Position numbers and translations under genes: made by a program | NCBI GenBank assembly: GCA_964187785.1 | Contig: OZ076409.1 | Span: 45,386,001 to 45,450,000, forward strand | Direction: 5' to 3' | Source of the DNA: Amphiscolops sp. MND2022 | Taxonomy: Eukaryota | Length of the DNA: 64,000 nt | Part shown: piece after piece, positions 26,302 through 40,300 of the stretch | Layout: every line of letters starts with the position of its first letter | Position numbering within the stretch: position 1 is the first letter of the stretch | Notes under the pieces: generated by a model | Told to the model about the DNA's origin: nothing | Databases searched by the model: none | What the model saw: the letters and a program-made list of their open reading frames with translations, nothing else

Positions 26302-27469
26302 CGTGAAGAATTGCAAAACAATCTGAAAAGGAACGGAAGAGAGTGAAGAAAGGAACGAAATCGAAGAATCTGAGGACAAGAACTTGATCAGTAATTAAAT
26401 GGCCTGATCAACCATGATTGCGAGATTACAAATTCACGAAAAACTTTAAAGAGCGCGAATGCTGCTTGAGCGACAGGACAAACCAAATACTTGAAATTCA
26501 GAAGATGAAAAATCGATGAAAACTCTCCGATTTCAATGACTCTCTACACTTTTCTTCCCCGTTTCAACCAACTTAGCAATTTTCTCTGAAAATGAATCGC
26601 CCCCCAGAATTTGACTACAAAAGCTTCAAGTATTTGATTTTGATGACAGCTGCCAGTCTCAGATCAATGCCGACGAAGTTGAGCGGAAACGCGCAAAGGA
26701 AATCGTGGCGATTTTCAAAACCGACTTGACGGAAGATGATTCACGGATGAGAATGTTTGTTAACAACCGGTTGAGTTTCCTCCAGTTCAGAAAATTCAGT
26801 TTTCCGCCAATCAGAATTTAGCAGCAGTTGCTATGGCGACGATTTCATCTCTTTCTCACCGCTGAGAAAATCAGACAGCGGAAGCGACAGTGACGGTTGC
26901 TATGACAACAAAATCATCTCTTTCCTATCGCGGAGATTGACAGAGCGGCGGCGCCAGCCGTCTGTTAAGTCAACATCGATGTCTCGCTGAGTAAACAATT
27001 CATCGTTCATTCATCCCGGGAAACTTCGGCAGACAAGAAATGGCGCCGATTTACTGCCAAATTGTCAACGAAACTAGCAGAATGTTTACTTAGCGTAGGC
27101 GGCCTGAGGAAATCTTTTCACCAGGAAATCGAGATTTCCACCGAAACAATCGACAGACCGAGCTCCCACCAAAAGCATGACAACCAATAAAATGCAGATC
27201 AGCGGACATTCGATGGGCCAAGAATTAGAGTTGCCGCGTCGAAATTTTTAACCGAAATCACCCAGAATGAAGCCAGACATGACGATTGCCGATAGTCCTC
27301 TTCTCAGAGAAGATACACACAGGACAGAACAAACGAAGGAAATGCCAATTCAGAACGAACGAAGGACCAATTTTCTCCCTAACCAAACGAAGGAACCAGT
27401 CGAAGCCAACGCCGAGACAACCATCCTCTGCACATTTGGCCCCTGCACTCTCAATCCAAATCCCGCCCC

Positions 27470-27475
27470 GGGGAG
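27470..27475 (+). other. E2 short polypurine tract (GGGGAG)
   Basis: Purines abutting the 3' LTR start; unusually short. Confidence 0.5.
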
Positions 27476-29660
27476 TGTCATGCCAGCATGATGGAAATGT
27501 AATCTACTTAATATCTGTAATGTAAATATTATGTCTTATGTACTTAGATATGGGCAATATGATGTCATATAATAAGGGCCATGGTTGTGAGCAACCCTAC
27601 GTTACTTGTACTTTAATCCCTTCCCCTTTTGAGTGTGAGTTATATATATTTACTTAATACTGAGCGCTCTAGTTCCGGTGTCCGCATAAATGATCTTGCC
27701 AGAATCTAGCCTTGAAAGTGCTATATTTCATAAATATTGGTTTGTCACGACAAGGGAGAGAAGTTTTCCGGTCAGACTGGACCGAGGAATATTGCAAGTA
27801 ATGGAAAATATAACTTCTACTAACTCCCCGCCTCAGAGTATGTAGTTGTGTCAAATTCCATTAAATTCATCACAAATTCATCGTCGAATTTGATGACAAT
27901 TTTGATCTGATCAGAAATTTCACTTGGATCCATCAGCGGGTTCAACGGTGTTTTTAACCAAAGTTCATCGCAATCCCATCCTTAAAGTTTGCGAGTGAAC
28001 AAAACATGGGACTTTAAACTGACTTTCATCAGAAATCCATCAACGGATTTTATGGGACTTATTCTAGTAAAACTCATCTTCAATTCATCGTGATTATTTC
28101 ATTTAGTAATTCCTGAATGTGCTTCTCATTTCTAAAGAACAGTAGTCCATCCTTTATTCATCGCGTTCACTAGTACAGAAGAGAAATGAGAAAGTATATC
28201 CTTAATTCATCCTAAAAAAGAGTGAAAGTGCTGGTTATCTGATTTGTTTAGTAAACCCATCCTCAATTCATCTTGATTTCGTTTGTGCTGAAAATTAACC
28301 ATTTAAGCGGGTGAGTTCATCCTAAACTCATCGCCAATTTGTACTGCTTTGGTATTTGCTGTTTTAACTGACAAGTTCATCCTAAACTCATCGCCAAAAT
28401 TCTCCTGTACTAGAATTAGCGTTTATCGACTGAATTCATCCCTAATTCATCGTCATTTGAATCTGTGCTGGAAATTGGCAAATTATGCATGGAGTTCATC
28501 CTTTTGTCATCGTCAGTTTGAATTGTGTTGATTTCTGAGCGAGAAAGACTATCATTCATCGCATTTTCATCCAGAGCAAAACTAGACTTGGAAATCAGCA
28601 AATATTCTTACAAGTTCATCGCATTTCCATCTTCAAGTTTTAAATCATTGATTTTGGCGCTTAAATCAGCGGAAAACATCGTTTTCCCATCCCAAAGTGT
28701 GCTTCACCTTAAATTTGATTGAAATTAGTGCGTTATTGAATGATTTGAGTCCATTTTAGTTGCTATAGAAACCATGATGTTATGTGCAGGCAATTGCGAC
28801 ATTGTAAATTGATGACTAAACACCATTAACACATGTAAATGTACCATGGTGCGTGGCCACTTTGCGGCAGTTCACAACACTGGTCACGTGACTTACCATT
28901 TTAACACCAGCTGGTAACAGCCAATGAGAGAAGGTTGGTAAGAGATTTAGCGTCTTACCAACCGAAAAGACACGTGAACTGCTGTAATTTGGACCGCCAT
29001 TAAATATTACTCAGCCCGAATTGCGACAAGCTACCGACCAGTTGGATATTTTAACACGCAAAAGTCAGAAAACACATCTCTATTTCATCTTCAGAAATTG
29101 AGAAATTTCAACTGAGTGATTTCTTGGTACATCTACGACTGCGATGAACATTGGATGAACTTCTTCTGAATAACTTGCTAGTTTTCTTTTCCTTATATAA
29201 CTGCTTACTTATTTGTACGACTACTTTCTAAAACATCTCAGTTCAAATTAGTGAATTTTGGGATCGAACATTCAGTTAAATCAGCAAGATACATCGAAAA
29301 CACATCTCAGATAATTCAGTCCTCACTCATAATTCTTTTCTCTCGAATACATGAATCCGGACCAAGGCACTGAACTTAGAAGCGGTAGAGTTATACATTC
29401 CTCGTCAGGAACATCTTCTCCAATAGATCCAGACATGGCTCAATCGTCCGCCAATGACTCTGACAATAACGAACCTTCAGATATCTCGTCCCAATTGTCT
29501 GAAATAAAAGAGAACTATGAGAAGAAGATAAATGAGTTACAAAGCGAATTTAGTCAACTGAAGAACTTATTGATGGCAGTTATTAGTAAAAATGATGAAA
29601 ATAACTTACCTTCAACATCGCAAAGTTCTTCAAAGCCGACCCACAGAGTGGGGCTCGACA
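27476..29660 (+). repeat. E2 3' LTR (2185 bp), containing an intact copy of the gag N-terminus (29351-29660)
   Basis: Direct repeat of 10976-13159, followed by TSD GCTAT. Confidence 0.95.
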
Positions 29661-29781
29661 GCTATTGAAGTTAAATTAAATGACCCTTCTAAGTTTTGAT
29701 AACCCTTGATACAACTGAAACCGAAAAAAAAGATATTAGTAACGGGAAACAGTTTCTGATGTGAATATATACATGTAGTTG

Positions 29782-32440
29782 TCATAAAAACAAGCATAGT
29801 GGGAAAATTTCAACAATCTCCGGGCGCATTTCTCTGAAGCACACATGTGGACTACTGCCAACAGTCGAGGAACTCTTTGTAAGGCAATCCACTATTTGGT
29901 TCTTTGAATCAGTCCGCGCAACAAGTAGTATATCCCCTTGATCCATAAGTGCGCGAAAATGTCCACACGAAGTCAATTATTCAAAATAGTCTTTGTTTGT
30001 TTAACCGCTAATACCAAAGACTTGCATTTGGACTAACAAACTGTTGGTGTTCTAGAGAACCCAACAGATCTCAGAATCCAACAGAAATGCTGAGAGGGCT
30101 CCATCTATACATGCAATGGTTCCGCAGCACGGGTGCTACGCACTATGCTACGATAGTTTCTAGATTGCCGGGCCACTGCTTATGGGCAACTAATGTGATT
30201 TGAAGACAAGTGTATAAAGTAAATTTGCCGTAAGAGGCCAAAGAGGCTCTTTTTCGTCGAAGAAGCATCCGAATACAACTGTAATGTTCAAGCCTCAACA
30301 GCACTGGAGCTTTTGAAGCGAGAGCTGAATTCCTGCAACTTTTTCAGGATTCGGATAAACGTTTTGATAGATAGAGCATCGGCCAGAGTCGCTGTCGGAA
30401 TCTTCTCACAAAGCGACGACAACGTAAAACACAACATGGTATCGTGTTGTATTGCTAGTCGTTTCAGCTCCACTAATCCGTTTCTGAGATAGTTACTTTT
30501 CCAAGTAGTAAGCCACTTGTATTATCTTTTTGTCCGGTTTCACTGAATAGGATCATCCATCAGCTTATTTCCGACAGAATATGCCAAATCTACTCTGATT
30601 TCACGTCTATTGCGCCTAATGCTGAAACCATTGGAGTGACAGGAAATGCTTTTCATAACCTCTGAATACAAAATTTTAACAGTTTGTTCGGAATCTCCTA
30701 AGGAAAGCGCTACTCAGAAATCATCTGTGTGAAAATAGTCTATCGGAACAGTGCTCTTTGCAGAAAGAGAAACAGCTATCTGCACCTGAGGATTTGCAAC
30801 CAAATGACAGGAGTTCCTTTTCCAACCGCAAGAACCAATGTCAAGTCACATCCATTAAGACGTTCACACAAGTGTTCAACTTTCACAGCGGTTCGGGTTG
30901 ACCAAATTCCTTAAGAGACATCAAGTATACTTCTCGAGTTAACCCCTCCCTTTGAAGAAAGGCAGTTTTGATGTCAATAACTTTTGAAAAGCACTTGGAA
31001 AAGAATACAAAAACCAAAAAAAAACAGTCTGAGGGATTGTTTTCTGCAAGCTGCAGAGTCGGTTTACTCGACGTCGTCTTTTGTCGAGCTTTTTGTCTCT
31101 TTAATTCATAACATATAGGATCTAACGTGTGGTGACACGTTGTTCAGCTGTATCGGGAACGACCTGGAAATTGTTTTGCTTTCAATTTAGTCAATTTTAG
31201 CAGGAGAAAGTTCATCATGATTCGTCTACCAGCGAAACATTTCCTGCATGTTTCACAACATACGTTCGATTCTCAGTCCCATGAAAAACTTCGGAGACGT
31301 GCCAAGTGTCTGCGGCCCGTTTTTTATACAAAACGTGTTGAACGTTTACAAAACGACCCCTATAAAGCAGAGTCTTGCTCTTCAACGCCTGTTCAAGTCG
31401 GTCACTACAATCGGATGCTAGATACTGCAGTCCCCAAGAACTACTGGCAAGAAGTTTTAGATAAGTCTCAGTTACGTATCATTGGGTCGTTTACAAATGC
31501 CGTTCCACGAAGATCTGTTGGCTGCAGTACATTTGATAAGAAGCCAAAATCTTTGGTCTTTGACACTAAGTCCGATTTATCAAATTTCCGTCCGTTGTCT
31601 GTCACCGTGGAATCAGGAACGCCAGCAAGCGAGACCCAGTCATAAATGAAGCTTTCACTTACAGAATCGGGTTTCTTGTTGTTGAGATCTATTACCCTGC
31701 TCTACCCTGAAATGGTCCATGATATGAGATATAACTCCCCGTCACTCAACTGATGCAGGTCCGTTGCTACTGCCCCGTTGAATCTGATTGACAAGAGCAG
31801 ACATGTTGCAGGCTTGGTGAATTGTGGTCTGGAACTGCATACATGTCTAACAGTCCTTTCATATTTTCAATAATCAACTCAACAACTTAGGAAACAATTG
31901 GTTGAAAGTTTCTCTGAAAACATCGAAAGTTATCGCCCGAGCATTGAGCAAAATGGCGATGCAACTATAAAAGTTTTTTTCGCTGATGCTCAAAGTGTCA
32001 GCGGTGCTCAGAAAGGTATGCAATCAGATAGAAACAATGGCTCGACTTAATGTAGCTGGTAACCCGCTTTGGCTTGACCTTAGTTGAACAAGTTTTATAC
32101 GTTTGCCGGTGTCCATAATCTGAATTTTGGCAAAATGAATATCACGAACGGCATGCAAGGTTTCTAACGACTTGACACTAATCAACAGTCGTAGGCTTCC
32201 CGATAAGCCTTCAACTACAATGAACTAACCAGAGGCTTCTCCGAAAATTGGGATAACACACACTTCGGTACTCAGGATACGCACGCAATCACCTAATTTA
32301 ATTGACGCTCCTGTCGTCTTAGAGCAAACCATTTTCTGCGCTTGTGAAGGCAAAAGAGTGTAAAATGGAGCGAAATCAATATCTCCGGCATCAGTTTTAG
32401 TTCACCCGGTATCAACGATTCGCACATAAGCAGCCTCCAC
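29782..32440 (-). mobile_element. Highly decayed Ty1/Copia (GalEa-like) pol remnant
   Basis: In minus-strand order: protease-like IVDTG*TKT (about 32400), integrase-like FNGAVATDL (about 31770), RT remnants, RNase H LYSDAS (about 30270) and NQIVDCLTK (about 29890). PR-IN-RT-RH order is diagnostic of Copia. Confidence 0.65.
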
Positions 32441-32519
32441 TCGTTAAAACTGGACGGCAAAAGGGAACTTCAAACAAAATTGCTTTTTTAATTAAATAAA
32501 ATCATTAGGCTTGACTCCC

Positions 32520-33400
32520 AAAGTAGTTTTCACGACCCTCCCTTTCGTAGGGATTTGGGTTTGGGTTTTCGGGCTCGGATCTGGTTTGTCAAAGATTTTG
32601 GATTCTGGCTTTCGGTTCGGGCTTCGAGTCGATAGAAGTTCGGGACCTGCTTCTGATTCGGGTTTACATGAACTTGGAGTTCGGGCTTTCTGGTTTTTGC
32701 ATTTCGATTTGGGTAATGTCTAGTAGGTTCAATTCCACTAATGTTTATGACCAATGGGCAAAGAGACAGAGTTTTAGTTCCAAAATTGGAAATAAAAAGT
32801 ACGATGAAGGTTCATTTCATTGAAAAAAAATTTGTTTGAGAAGAAAATGACTATAGACAATTCGTGAAAAGACTTGAAAGAATGTCTAGCCAACACAGAC
32901 ACGTTGATTAATGCCAACTTCAGGAAGCTGCTCCAGCTGCGACTCAGCATGGAATACAACAATTTTGGCAAAAAATCAGCCCGGTTCGATGAACAAGTGC
33001 AAATTTTCCACTTTGATAACATTCCTATAACGAAGGGAAGTAATTCGCCTAATTTCAAATCATGGTCTCGTGCGTCAAGATTTTCTGTTTCTACGTATGG
33101 AGACCTGAACGGCGAAGGTTTAAATGGTATGTCTTTCCACAGAGTTTAGATTATTTGCAAACAAGTGCAAAATAAGGATGGTCATTGCATTTGTTAAGTG
33201 CACTAATAAGCACCAAGATGAAATTGATGGAGTGTTTGTGTACGAAAATAGGTGCAAGATGTTTCTCGATTCAATCAATTTTATGCGGAGACGACAGCGC
33301 ACGTGTCCGAGCTTCTCAAATACTTACACATAAAGTAAAATAAACTACTGTGCCCAATGACTGACAGTGGATCAGTTTTGGTGAAACTTGACACAATTAT
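32520..33400 (+). mobile_element. hAT DNA transposon remnant (5' part)
   Basis: TCGGGT-like subterminal repeats at 32555-32715. QIFHFDNIPITKGSNS matches QIFPLDNLPITKVCNS in the 58.5-59.8 kb hAT copy. Confidence 0.6.
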
Positions 33401-33412
33401 TAAATTAGCGCA

Positions 33413-34900
33413 TGTGATAATCCTCTATTAAGTCTGCGTCAGATTCTTCGTCTGAGCGTATTGTTACATCTATATCCGATTCAGCTCGAAACATAGGCTT
33501 AGCAGGATGTCTCAAGTCTTTCATTTTAGAAGCTCTTAGAGGATGATCTTCATTTTCTGAGTCTGAATTTTCGTTTAAAGATGCGTGAACTCCTATAGAC
33601 TTATCTCTGGATCCCGACGGCTGAGTATTTTGTGTTTCATTTGTTTCCGATCTTGGATTTGTGATTGTAGATTCATTTTTGTTAGTTTTGATTTCTTTTA
33701 AGATCGCTTCAAACTTGCTATCGATTTCTTCTCTCATTTTCCCTATTCTGTCGTTGTTTCTTTTCTCCATTTCTTGTGTCCAAACTTGAATCTCATTACT
33801 GATTAGACTGGGTTCAGTTAATTGATTTTCCAAGATGTTAGGACCTAAATTTTCTTGATCAACTAAGTTAGAATTAGTTAAAGTCGTATTACCTGGGTTT
33901 GGAGTCTCTACATTCTCCTCTCTGCTTGGAGAAGGAGTTTCCAACCTTCTAGACCTTCTACTTCTCTTGTTTCCCATTCTGCTCAAGTGAAAATGTATTT
34001 CGGTTGCTGGGGAAGAATTTCAATTATCTTTCGGTATCTCAAATCCAAAGAAGGATCAATATAGTCAAGAGAAAAGTTTCGCAAAAGACAGAAAGGTTTA
34101 CAGCAACTGTTTTGCACAAGGTAGAAATGATGAATGACTGATTCCCAACACTAGAAACTCCAGAAAATTAAAAGCATGACACCCCTTTTTATCGCAATCA
34201 TCATCAGAAAAATATAAAAATAGAATTTCATCATCATGACATCAGGTTATATATATCTCAGTTACATGACTTTCAGAAGAATAAACAGGACCCTAGAAGG
34301 CCTGGAAACAGCACAAAATGACGTATGAAGTTGTGTTAGTGGTTGGAATTCTCAATACATTGAAATGATATAATGAATGAACAATTAAAGCGAAAAACGT
34401 ACAGTAACGAGTATACGCTACTTCTCGAACCGCGTAATGCCGCATAGTAAAAAGTGCATAGTGACGAGTATACATTATGCTTTAATCCGTAGGATGCCGC
34501 ATAATCCAATTACGAAAGACGCATACTTGCGAGTAGTCAACATATCTCAAAACGCATAATGACGTATAGTCATTAGCACATATGATCATCTGATGACGTC
34601 ATATCTTAAAAGCAATATCAAATGGAAGCCAATTAGTCATTCAATGTGATTTTTGGGTATAAATCTCTAAGTTTTGGCTACGTATGACTCTCCTATCGCT
34701 CGCAAACAACTTCATTTATGAAAAGCATCATTAAAAATATTTGCATGACTATGGCAAATTAACAAATAAAGTTTTGCAAGGTGTTTGTTCAAGTTCTTCA
34801 AAGTCTATTTACGATGATTTCTGGGTGTTGATATTGTCGCTGCTCGCATTCATCTCTCATTGCTGCACCACGGGTCCAGTACAGCTGTATGGCTGGAACA
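33413..34900 (-). repeat. E3 3' LTR (1488 bp), carrying a duplicate gag N-terminus
   Basis: About 99% identical by eye to 47821-49308. Confidence 0.95.
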
Positions 34901-35915
34901 GTCCCGCTCTTTTGAAGATGAATAGGGCAGCTTCAAAACCATCTATGAACGCTCTAGAGCGGACTCCACGGTCTCTAACGGTTTCACCGTCATAAGCTGT
35001 AGCTGCGAGATATTCTCCAAGGGTCTCCAACGCTATCTGGTCGTAAGTTTTGTTGCAATACTCGCATATTCCGGCCACATTAGGCATGACTGTTGGGAAC
35101 AGCCTAGAGTTGTCTCTTTCATTGATTGGCATGTATAGCACGTTAGTACTGTGTGCTACAGCAAAGGGAAATCCGACTTGTACCATTGGATGTATTGGGA
35201 CTGGTACCGTAGGTAGTATGTCCGGAACTCCACGTGGAGGAAGTTGAACCACTAAGGGGGTTGTGTTTGACACATGTGCCCTCTGGATCTCATTGTAATT
35301 GGGTAGGATTAGCACACTCGCTTGACCCTCATCTTGGCCTGCATTCTGTGTGATGTTTTGCCCATTGTTTACACTCCTGTCCCAATGGTGAAAATCTGAG
35401 GAATCGGGATGATGGTTTGGTGGGTAGGTTGGGATTATTTGACTCGCGGCGTCAGACTGGTGTTCAGCATTTCTTGGGGTAGGTAAGATTGCTGCAGCCG
35501 GACGACCATAGCTATTCAACCTGATATTAATATCAGGGTTTGGATTGCTTGAGGGTTCATTTTCCAGTTCCAGATCGCTATCAATAAATGAAGGGAGCGA
35601 TAACGGAGTTGACGGCAGATCTTCTTCAACTAAGTCCATTAGTTCCCTTTCAATTCTCGTTCCTCGGACGTCTATTGTATCCTGAGTAGACATTTCGTTT
35701 TCTCCCGTGGGGAACAATAATGCTGTGGTAGCCCCCATAAATGCAGTCATGGAGTCTTCTTCTGTCGTATTCACCCTGAACCTGTCCAGCAATTGAGGAA
35801 CATTTCCAGGTTCGACGATGAATTCGCTATCTGAATTGCTTGAAATATCGATAACGTCGGGTGACAGAGGCGAGTACAGGGTATCTTCTTCTATGGCAAA
35901 TTGCAAGTGATTCAT
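34857..35915 (-). CDS. E3 sense 3' accessory ORF, 352 aa; crosses the PPT and ends 44 nt inside the LTR
   Basis: Intact ATG-to-stop frame; acidic/Pro-rich N-terminus; C-terminal CEYC plus helical domain. Confidence 0.75.
   Translation of the reverse strand: MNHLQFAIEEDTLYSPLSPDVIDISSNSDSEFIVEPGNVPQLLDRFRVNTTEEDSMTAFMGATTALLFPTGENEMSTQDTIDVRGTRIERELMDLVEEDLPSTPLSLPSFIDSDLELENEPSSNPNPDINIRLNSYGRPAAAILPTPRNAEHQSDAASQIIPTYPPNHHPDSSDFHHWDRSVNNGQNITQNAGQDEGQASVLILPNYNEIQRAHVSNTTPLVVQLPPRGVPDILPTVPVPIHPMVQVGFPFAVAHSTNVLYMPINERDNSRLFPTVMPNVAGICEYCNKTYDQIALETLGEYLAATAYDGETVRDRGVRSRAFIDGFEAALFIFKRAGLFQPYSCTGPVVQQ
34901..34913 (-). other. E3 polypurine tract (AAAAGAGCGGGAC)
   Basis: Purine-rich run directly upstream of the 3' LTR on the element strand. 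Confidence 0.6.
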
Positions 35916-36749
35916 CTTGTGGATTCTCGAGAAGTTTCAATTTGGAATATTATTTGCAAGTTTGAAAATCTGTGTTTTCAGACGACTGATTTGTGAGTTT
36001 GTGGAGACCAAATGGTGTCGGTTATTTCGCTTTCTTCTTTCCAAGGCAAGGAAAACCCGCGAAAAAATTGCTTGTCATGGTCTGATCTCCCAAATCCCCT
36101 TATAAGGGTTTCTTTCAGGCTTCTGATCATGAGACACGTGGATGATATTTCGTAAACAAATTCCTTTTTAGGTGTTCCAGTTTTCTACATCACCTTATTT
36201 CCTCTCATCAGCGTCTTCCACACCGTTTCATCGGAGTTTTAAATGATACGTAAACAAATTTAACCTAACATCAAAGTAGAAAGAACGAAAATGTGATTTA
36301 CAAGATGTGCCTAGTTTCTGAATCTAAAATATATTTATCTGGAATTGCATGACTGGAAGCAAAGAAGATACAAATCATTAAAAAAGGGGTTCATATTAGT
36401 CAAATCATGTTCTAAAAAAAGCTTTAGCTGTAAGAAGCGTTTTGTTTTGTTTTAGTCCCGCACTTGAAAAGTGCGTATGGTTCTGTTTTTCCATATGATT
36501 TCAATGGAACAAGTGAAATTTAGGATAAAATTACATAAAAGAGTTTCTGACTGAGATATCACATTGATGTCCCAATGGCACCTTAAATCTCGTTCGAAAA
36601 AAGCAATGAATGCATACATTCTATGCATATTAATAACATCAGAAGTTCATTTGTGATAATTAACACGTAGTTTCTTTAGTTTGTTACGTAATAATGATTC
36701 ATTCACACAATATTAACATTGGTTCATCTCTGTGGACACATACAGCGAG

Positions 36750-36905
36750 AACCGCAGGGTGGCGAGTATACGTCATTGCTCAATCCGTATAATGCCGCAT
36801 AGTATTCAGCTGGCAATTCCGCGTACTGCCGCATACTCATCACTGCAATTCCGCATACTGCCGTATGCTCGTCTCCAGTCGATCCGCATACTGCCGCATG
36901 CTCTC
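36750..36905. promoter_or_regulatory. E3 CGCATA-N4-CGCATA array (about 33-bp period) between divergent genes
   Basis: ccgtataatgccgcata, ccgcgtactgccgcata, ccgcatactgccgtatg, ccgcatactgccgcatg; CCAAT at about 37020. Confidence 0.65.
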
Positions 36906-37308
36906 GCTTACTAAATCGTTCCAATCAGCATAGAAACGATGAGAATGAATACACATTGCTTTCAGATGTCATAATGAGTCAATCAATCACGCTGGCAGAC
37001 GTAATTGACGTATGGACAGCCAATCAAATTGCAGTATTCTCCACGCATATTTGCGCTCAATCATTTCATTTGCTCTTTTGCCTTCTTTTGTTACATTAAC
37101 GCCACGCCTTTATTGCATTTTATCAATTGAATTGTTTCATTTGTCAGAATAGTCTTACTAGTCAAAATTGGTTTTGTTGCAGATCAAACTCCTCATCTTT
37201 CCTCTTTAGCTCTTAGTTTTCTTCGTCGCTTTCAGTGCAGACCCACGCCCTTATCTTCATTCTGATTCCCTTTAACAAGATCTTTCTTCATTTGCAAATT
37301 TATATGAG

Positions 37309-40300
37309 ATGGACCCAACTCAGAAGACAGAATTATCTGGGAAACGGAGGACGCGAAAAGACCAAGTTCCCGATTTTCGAGGCGGAGCTAGAGATTACAA
37401 TCCTTCCTTCCGATACAACACAGGTTGGTTCGATTTGTTTCTCAGAATTTAACTCGATAAGTTTCATTCAGAGTGAATTTTTGATCCCTGTCAAGCTGGC
37501 CAGGCTTGCAGCTGAAAGTGATCTAGATATTCAGACCAGATTCAGAATTTTTTCGAAACGTTTCCGTTTCTAATTTCTAAGTGACTTCCGCTTTCTCTAT
37601 TCATTTCCTGTCCCCGCGTCCGGATTCAGTCAATTTTTAACTTCCGTCACTTGACATAGTTTTTATTTTTTCTTGTTTATCAACAAGGTAGCGTGTTTTA
37701 GATGAACCAGAAGCTCCAGAAACTTCTCCAGCTAAATCGCCTGCCAAATTTTATACTTCGTTGGTGTCCACTTCTCCAGCCACACCACGAGTCCGTCCCG
37801 GGACAAAAACACCCAGTACCCCAGGTCTTCAAATCGACGAGGGGATAAGAGTAGAGGTTGATCGCAGCTCAAATTATTCCTGAGGCCTCTCCACCAAAAT
37901 CAACAAGTTCCCGATCTCGTTCAGGAAAGGATTCCTCAAATTCAAGGCCCACAAGTCCACAACCACCCACGACTCCTACCCGCAACATGGATAGTTCAGT
38001 CCATATGTTAGACCACGAGGTATACAGGGGGTTTGAGATGCCAGGTACCTCACGAGTTGAGCCGACCCACTTTGATCAGTTTCTTGGGCAAGCTGTAGAC
38101 GAGATTCCCAATCAAATCATTTCCTCGACTGTTGAACACTGTAATTCGCAAGACATCGACCTAGTAGAGGTCACCCATGAAGCTGTTGCAGCAGGTAGTT
38201 ACCCCGACACGTCTCAACCCAGCCTTAGCATTACGAGGCAAGAGATTCTCACTTTGACGAGTGTCTTGGAGCGTATCCCCCAAACTTACCTGGTAGGGGA
38301 AGAGGTTGATCCCAACCGGTCTTTGTCTCTCATGATTGTAGACGAAAACGCCTTACCCCCATTGATAGCTTCTTCAAGCCAAGATGACACTCCTGCGCAG
38401 GCTACCTCCGAAGTAGCACAAGTTGTTGTCAATACCGGGAATCCCATAGCAAGTGGGAAAAGACGTAGGCCCAATTATTCCCTTACAGGGTCAATGTTCA
38501 GGAAACACCCTGTATTGAAATTTTCAGCCACTGGCCCCTTGGACCGGGACAAGACACCTTACAAGTGGTGGTGTAGGGTGTGTAAGAGTGAACTCTCTTT
38601 GATGAGTCGGGGAAGCCTCGAATTAATGTCCCATTATCGTTCAGAGTCGCACCTAGTCAAAGAACATCGCATCCGTATGGAGGTGCCTGGAATGTCTTTA
38701 TTTGACAAGGACGAAAAAGAACTGCTTGGACTTTCTTTGCAAGAGGCCAAAAAGAAAGCTAAGGATACGTATCCCATTGCACCACAATTGGATCCTTGCC
38801 GCCCATTAGTCGGACAAGACTCAGTGCCTGACTTCAGCGCAGCCAGTAGTCCCACTGCCAAAATTCTTTCTCAAATTACCGTTCTTGAATTTGGACTTCG
38901 CCATGGAGGGCACATAAACAGTCTCACTGGCATTTACGATGAACTTGTGAGGTTCAATTCTATGAGTCACTTGAGTACCCAGAATTGGAGCCAGGAGCGT
39001 CTTTTCGTTAGTATTTGTCATTGTTGCGTATTTCTTTTTCTTTCGACTTTGGGACATACTTAATTGATGTTCTTGTTCTAGGGGATAGTGGTACACCTGT
39101 TCCGTGAACTGATGGCCTACTGTGTGACAATGGTTAATTCTTCGGGATTTTACTCATTAGCATTACAACACACTCCTACAGCCTCTTTCATAATCTTGAA
39201 TTTCTGGTCGGGCAATGTGTTCCACAGAGTCTGCCTTGGTAGCACTCCACGAGGGATGTTACTCCCCCATAGGATCCTAAATTTCATTTCATCCTTCTTG
39301 TGTCTTTTTGAAACCTTCCCGACATGTGTCGCTGTTATCAATGTTGGAGACAAATTGGGCGACTGCTTATCTACCTGTCTCCCTGGAAAACAACAGCCTG
39401 CTAACATTCGAACCTTCAACCCAGAGGAGTTTGAGCGAAGCCTTTCAGTCCCCACCGCCCAAATCATAGAGCGACATGATTTCCGGACTATCCTAGATTT
39501 CTTGTTAATGAAATTGCGCACTGCTCTTGACAAGGATTGGCTGAAAAAACTACCCCTTCTTCACCAGGTAGACCTCATATTGTTTCTTTCAAGTAATCGT
39601 ATAGAGTAGTTATCCCATTCTATTTCCTTTAGAGTGTAATTCGCTTGGAGTATTCTCTCGAGGAAGCATCTTCCATCATCGAAATCTTGTCAAACAGTTG
39701 GGACCATGTCAAGGACCATTTGAACAGAGTCGCCCGGCTTCCGGTCTACCGATTCCATATGCGAGAGGTTATACCACATCCCAAAATTCTTTCTATTGAA
39801 TCAGGCTCCGGGTATTCCGGTTCTCCCTTTTCATCATGATCTTTTCGTTTCAGCCAAACACTTTGGATGAGTGTTTTCGACTCGACACTGCCTACTTGGC
39901 ACGACTCTTCGTTATAAGATGTGTCATCGATCACTGTTAGTTGTTTTCTTTGTTGCTATCAACATAACATTTCGACAGGTTTCGGTATTCTACCTCCTTT
40001 TCCATACAGTACCTCTTGTACTTATCCCCCTGATCTGTATAGTACTTCTCACACACATGTGTTGCTTGAACACTCATGTAAATGTCCGATTATGCTAATT
40101 CCGCACAATGACGTATGATCAGTACGTCTTGTTTCGTATAGTGACGCATAGTTATCCCCACTACTAGTGGTGGTAAAATATATACTTAATCATGCTAATT
40201 CCGCATAGTGACGTATAGTCACCACAGCTTGTTCCGCATAGTGACGCATAGTCGCCACAGCTTGTTCCGCATAGTGACGCATAGTCGCCACAGATTGTTC

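Larger units (their letters stand above)
10976..29660 (+). mobile_element. E2: full-length 18.7-kb Ty3/Gypsy LTR retrotransposon
   Basis: TG...CA LTR pair; 5-bp TSD GCTAT (10971-10975 and 29661-29665); PBS; gag; pol in PR-RT-RH-IN order. Confidence 0.97.
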
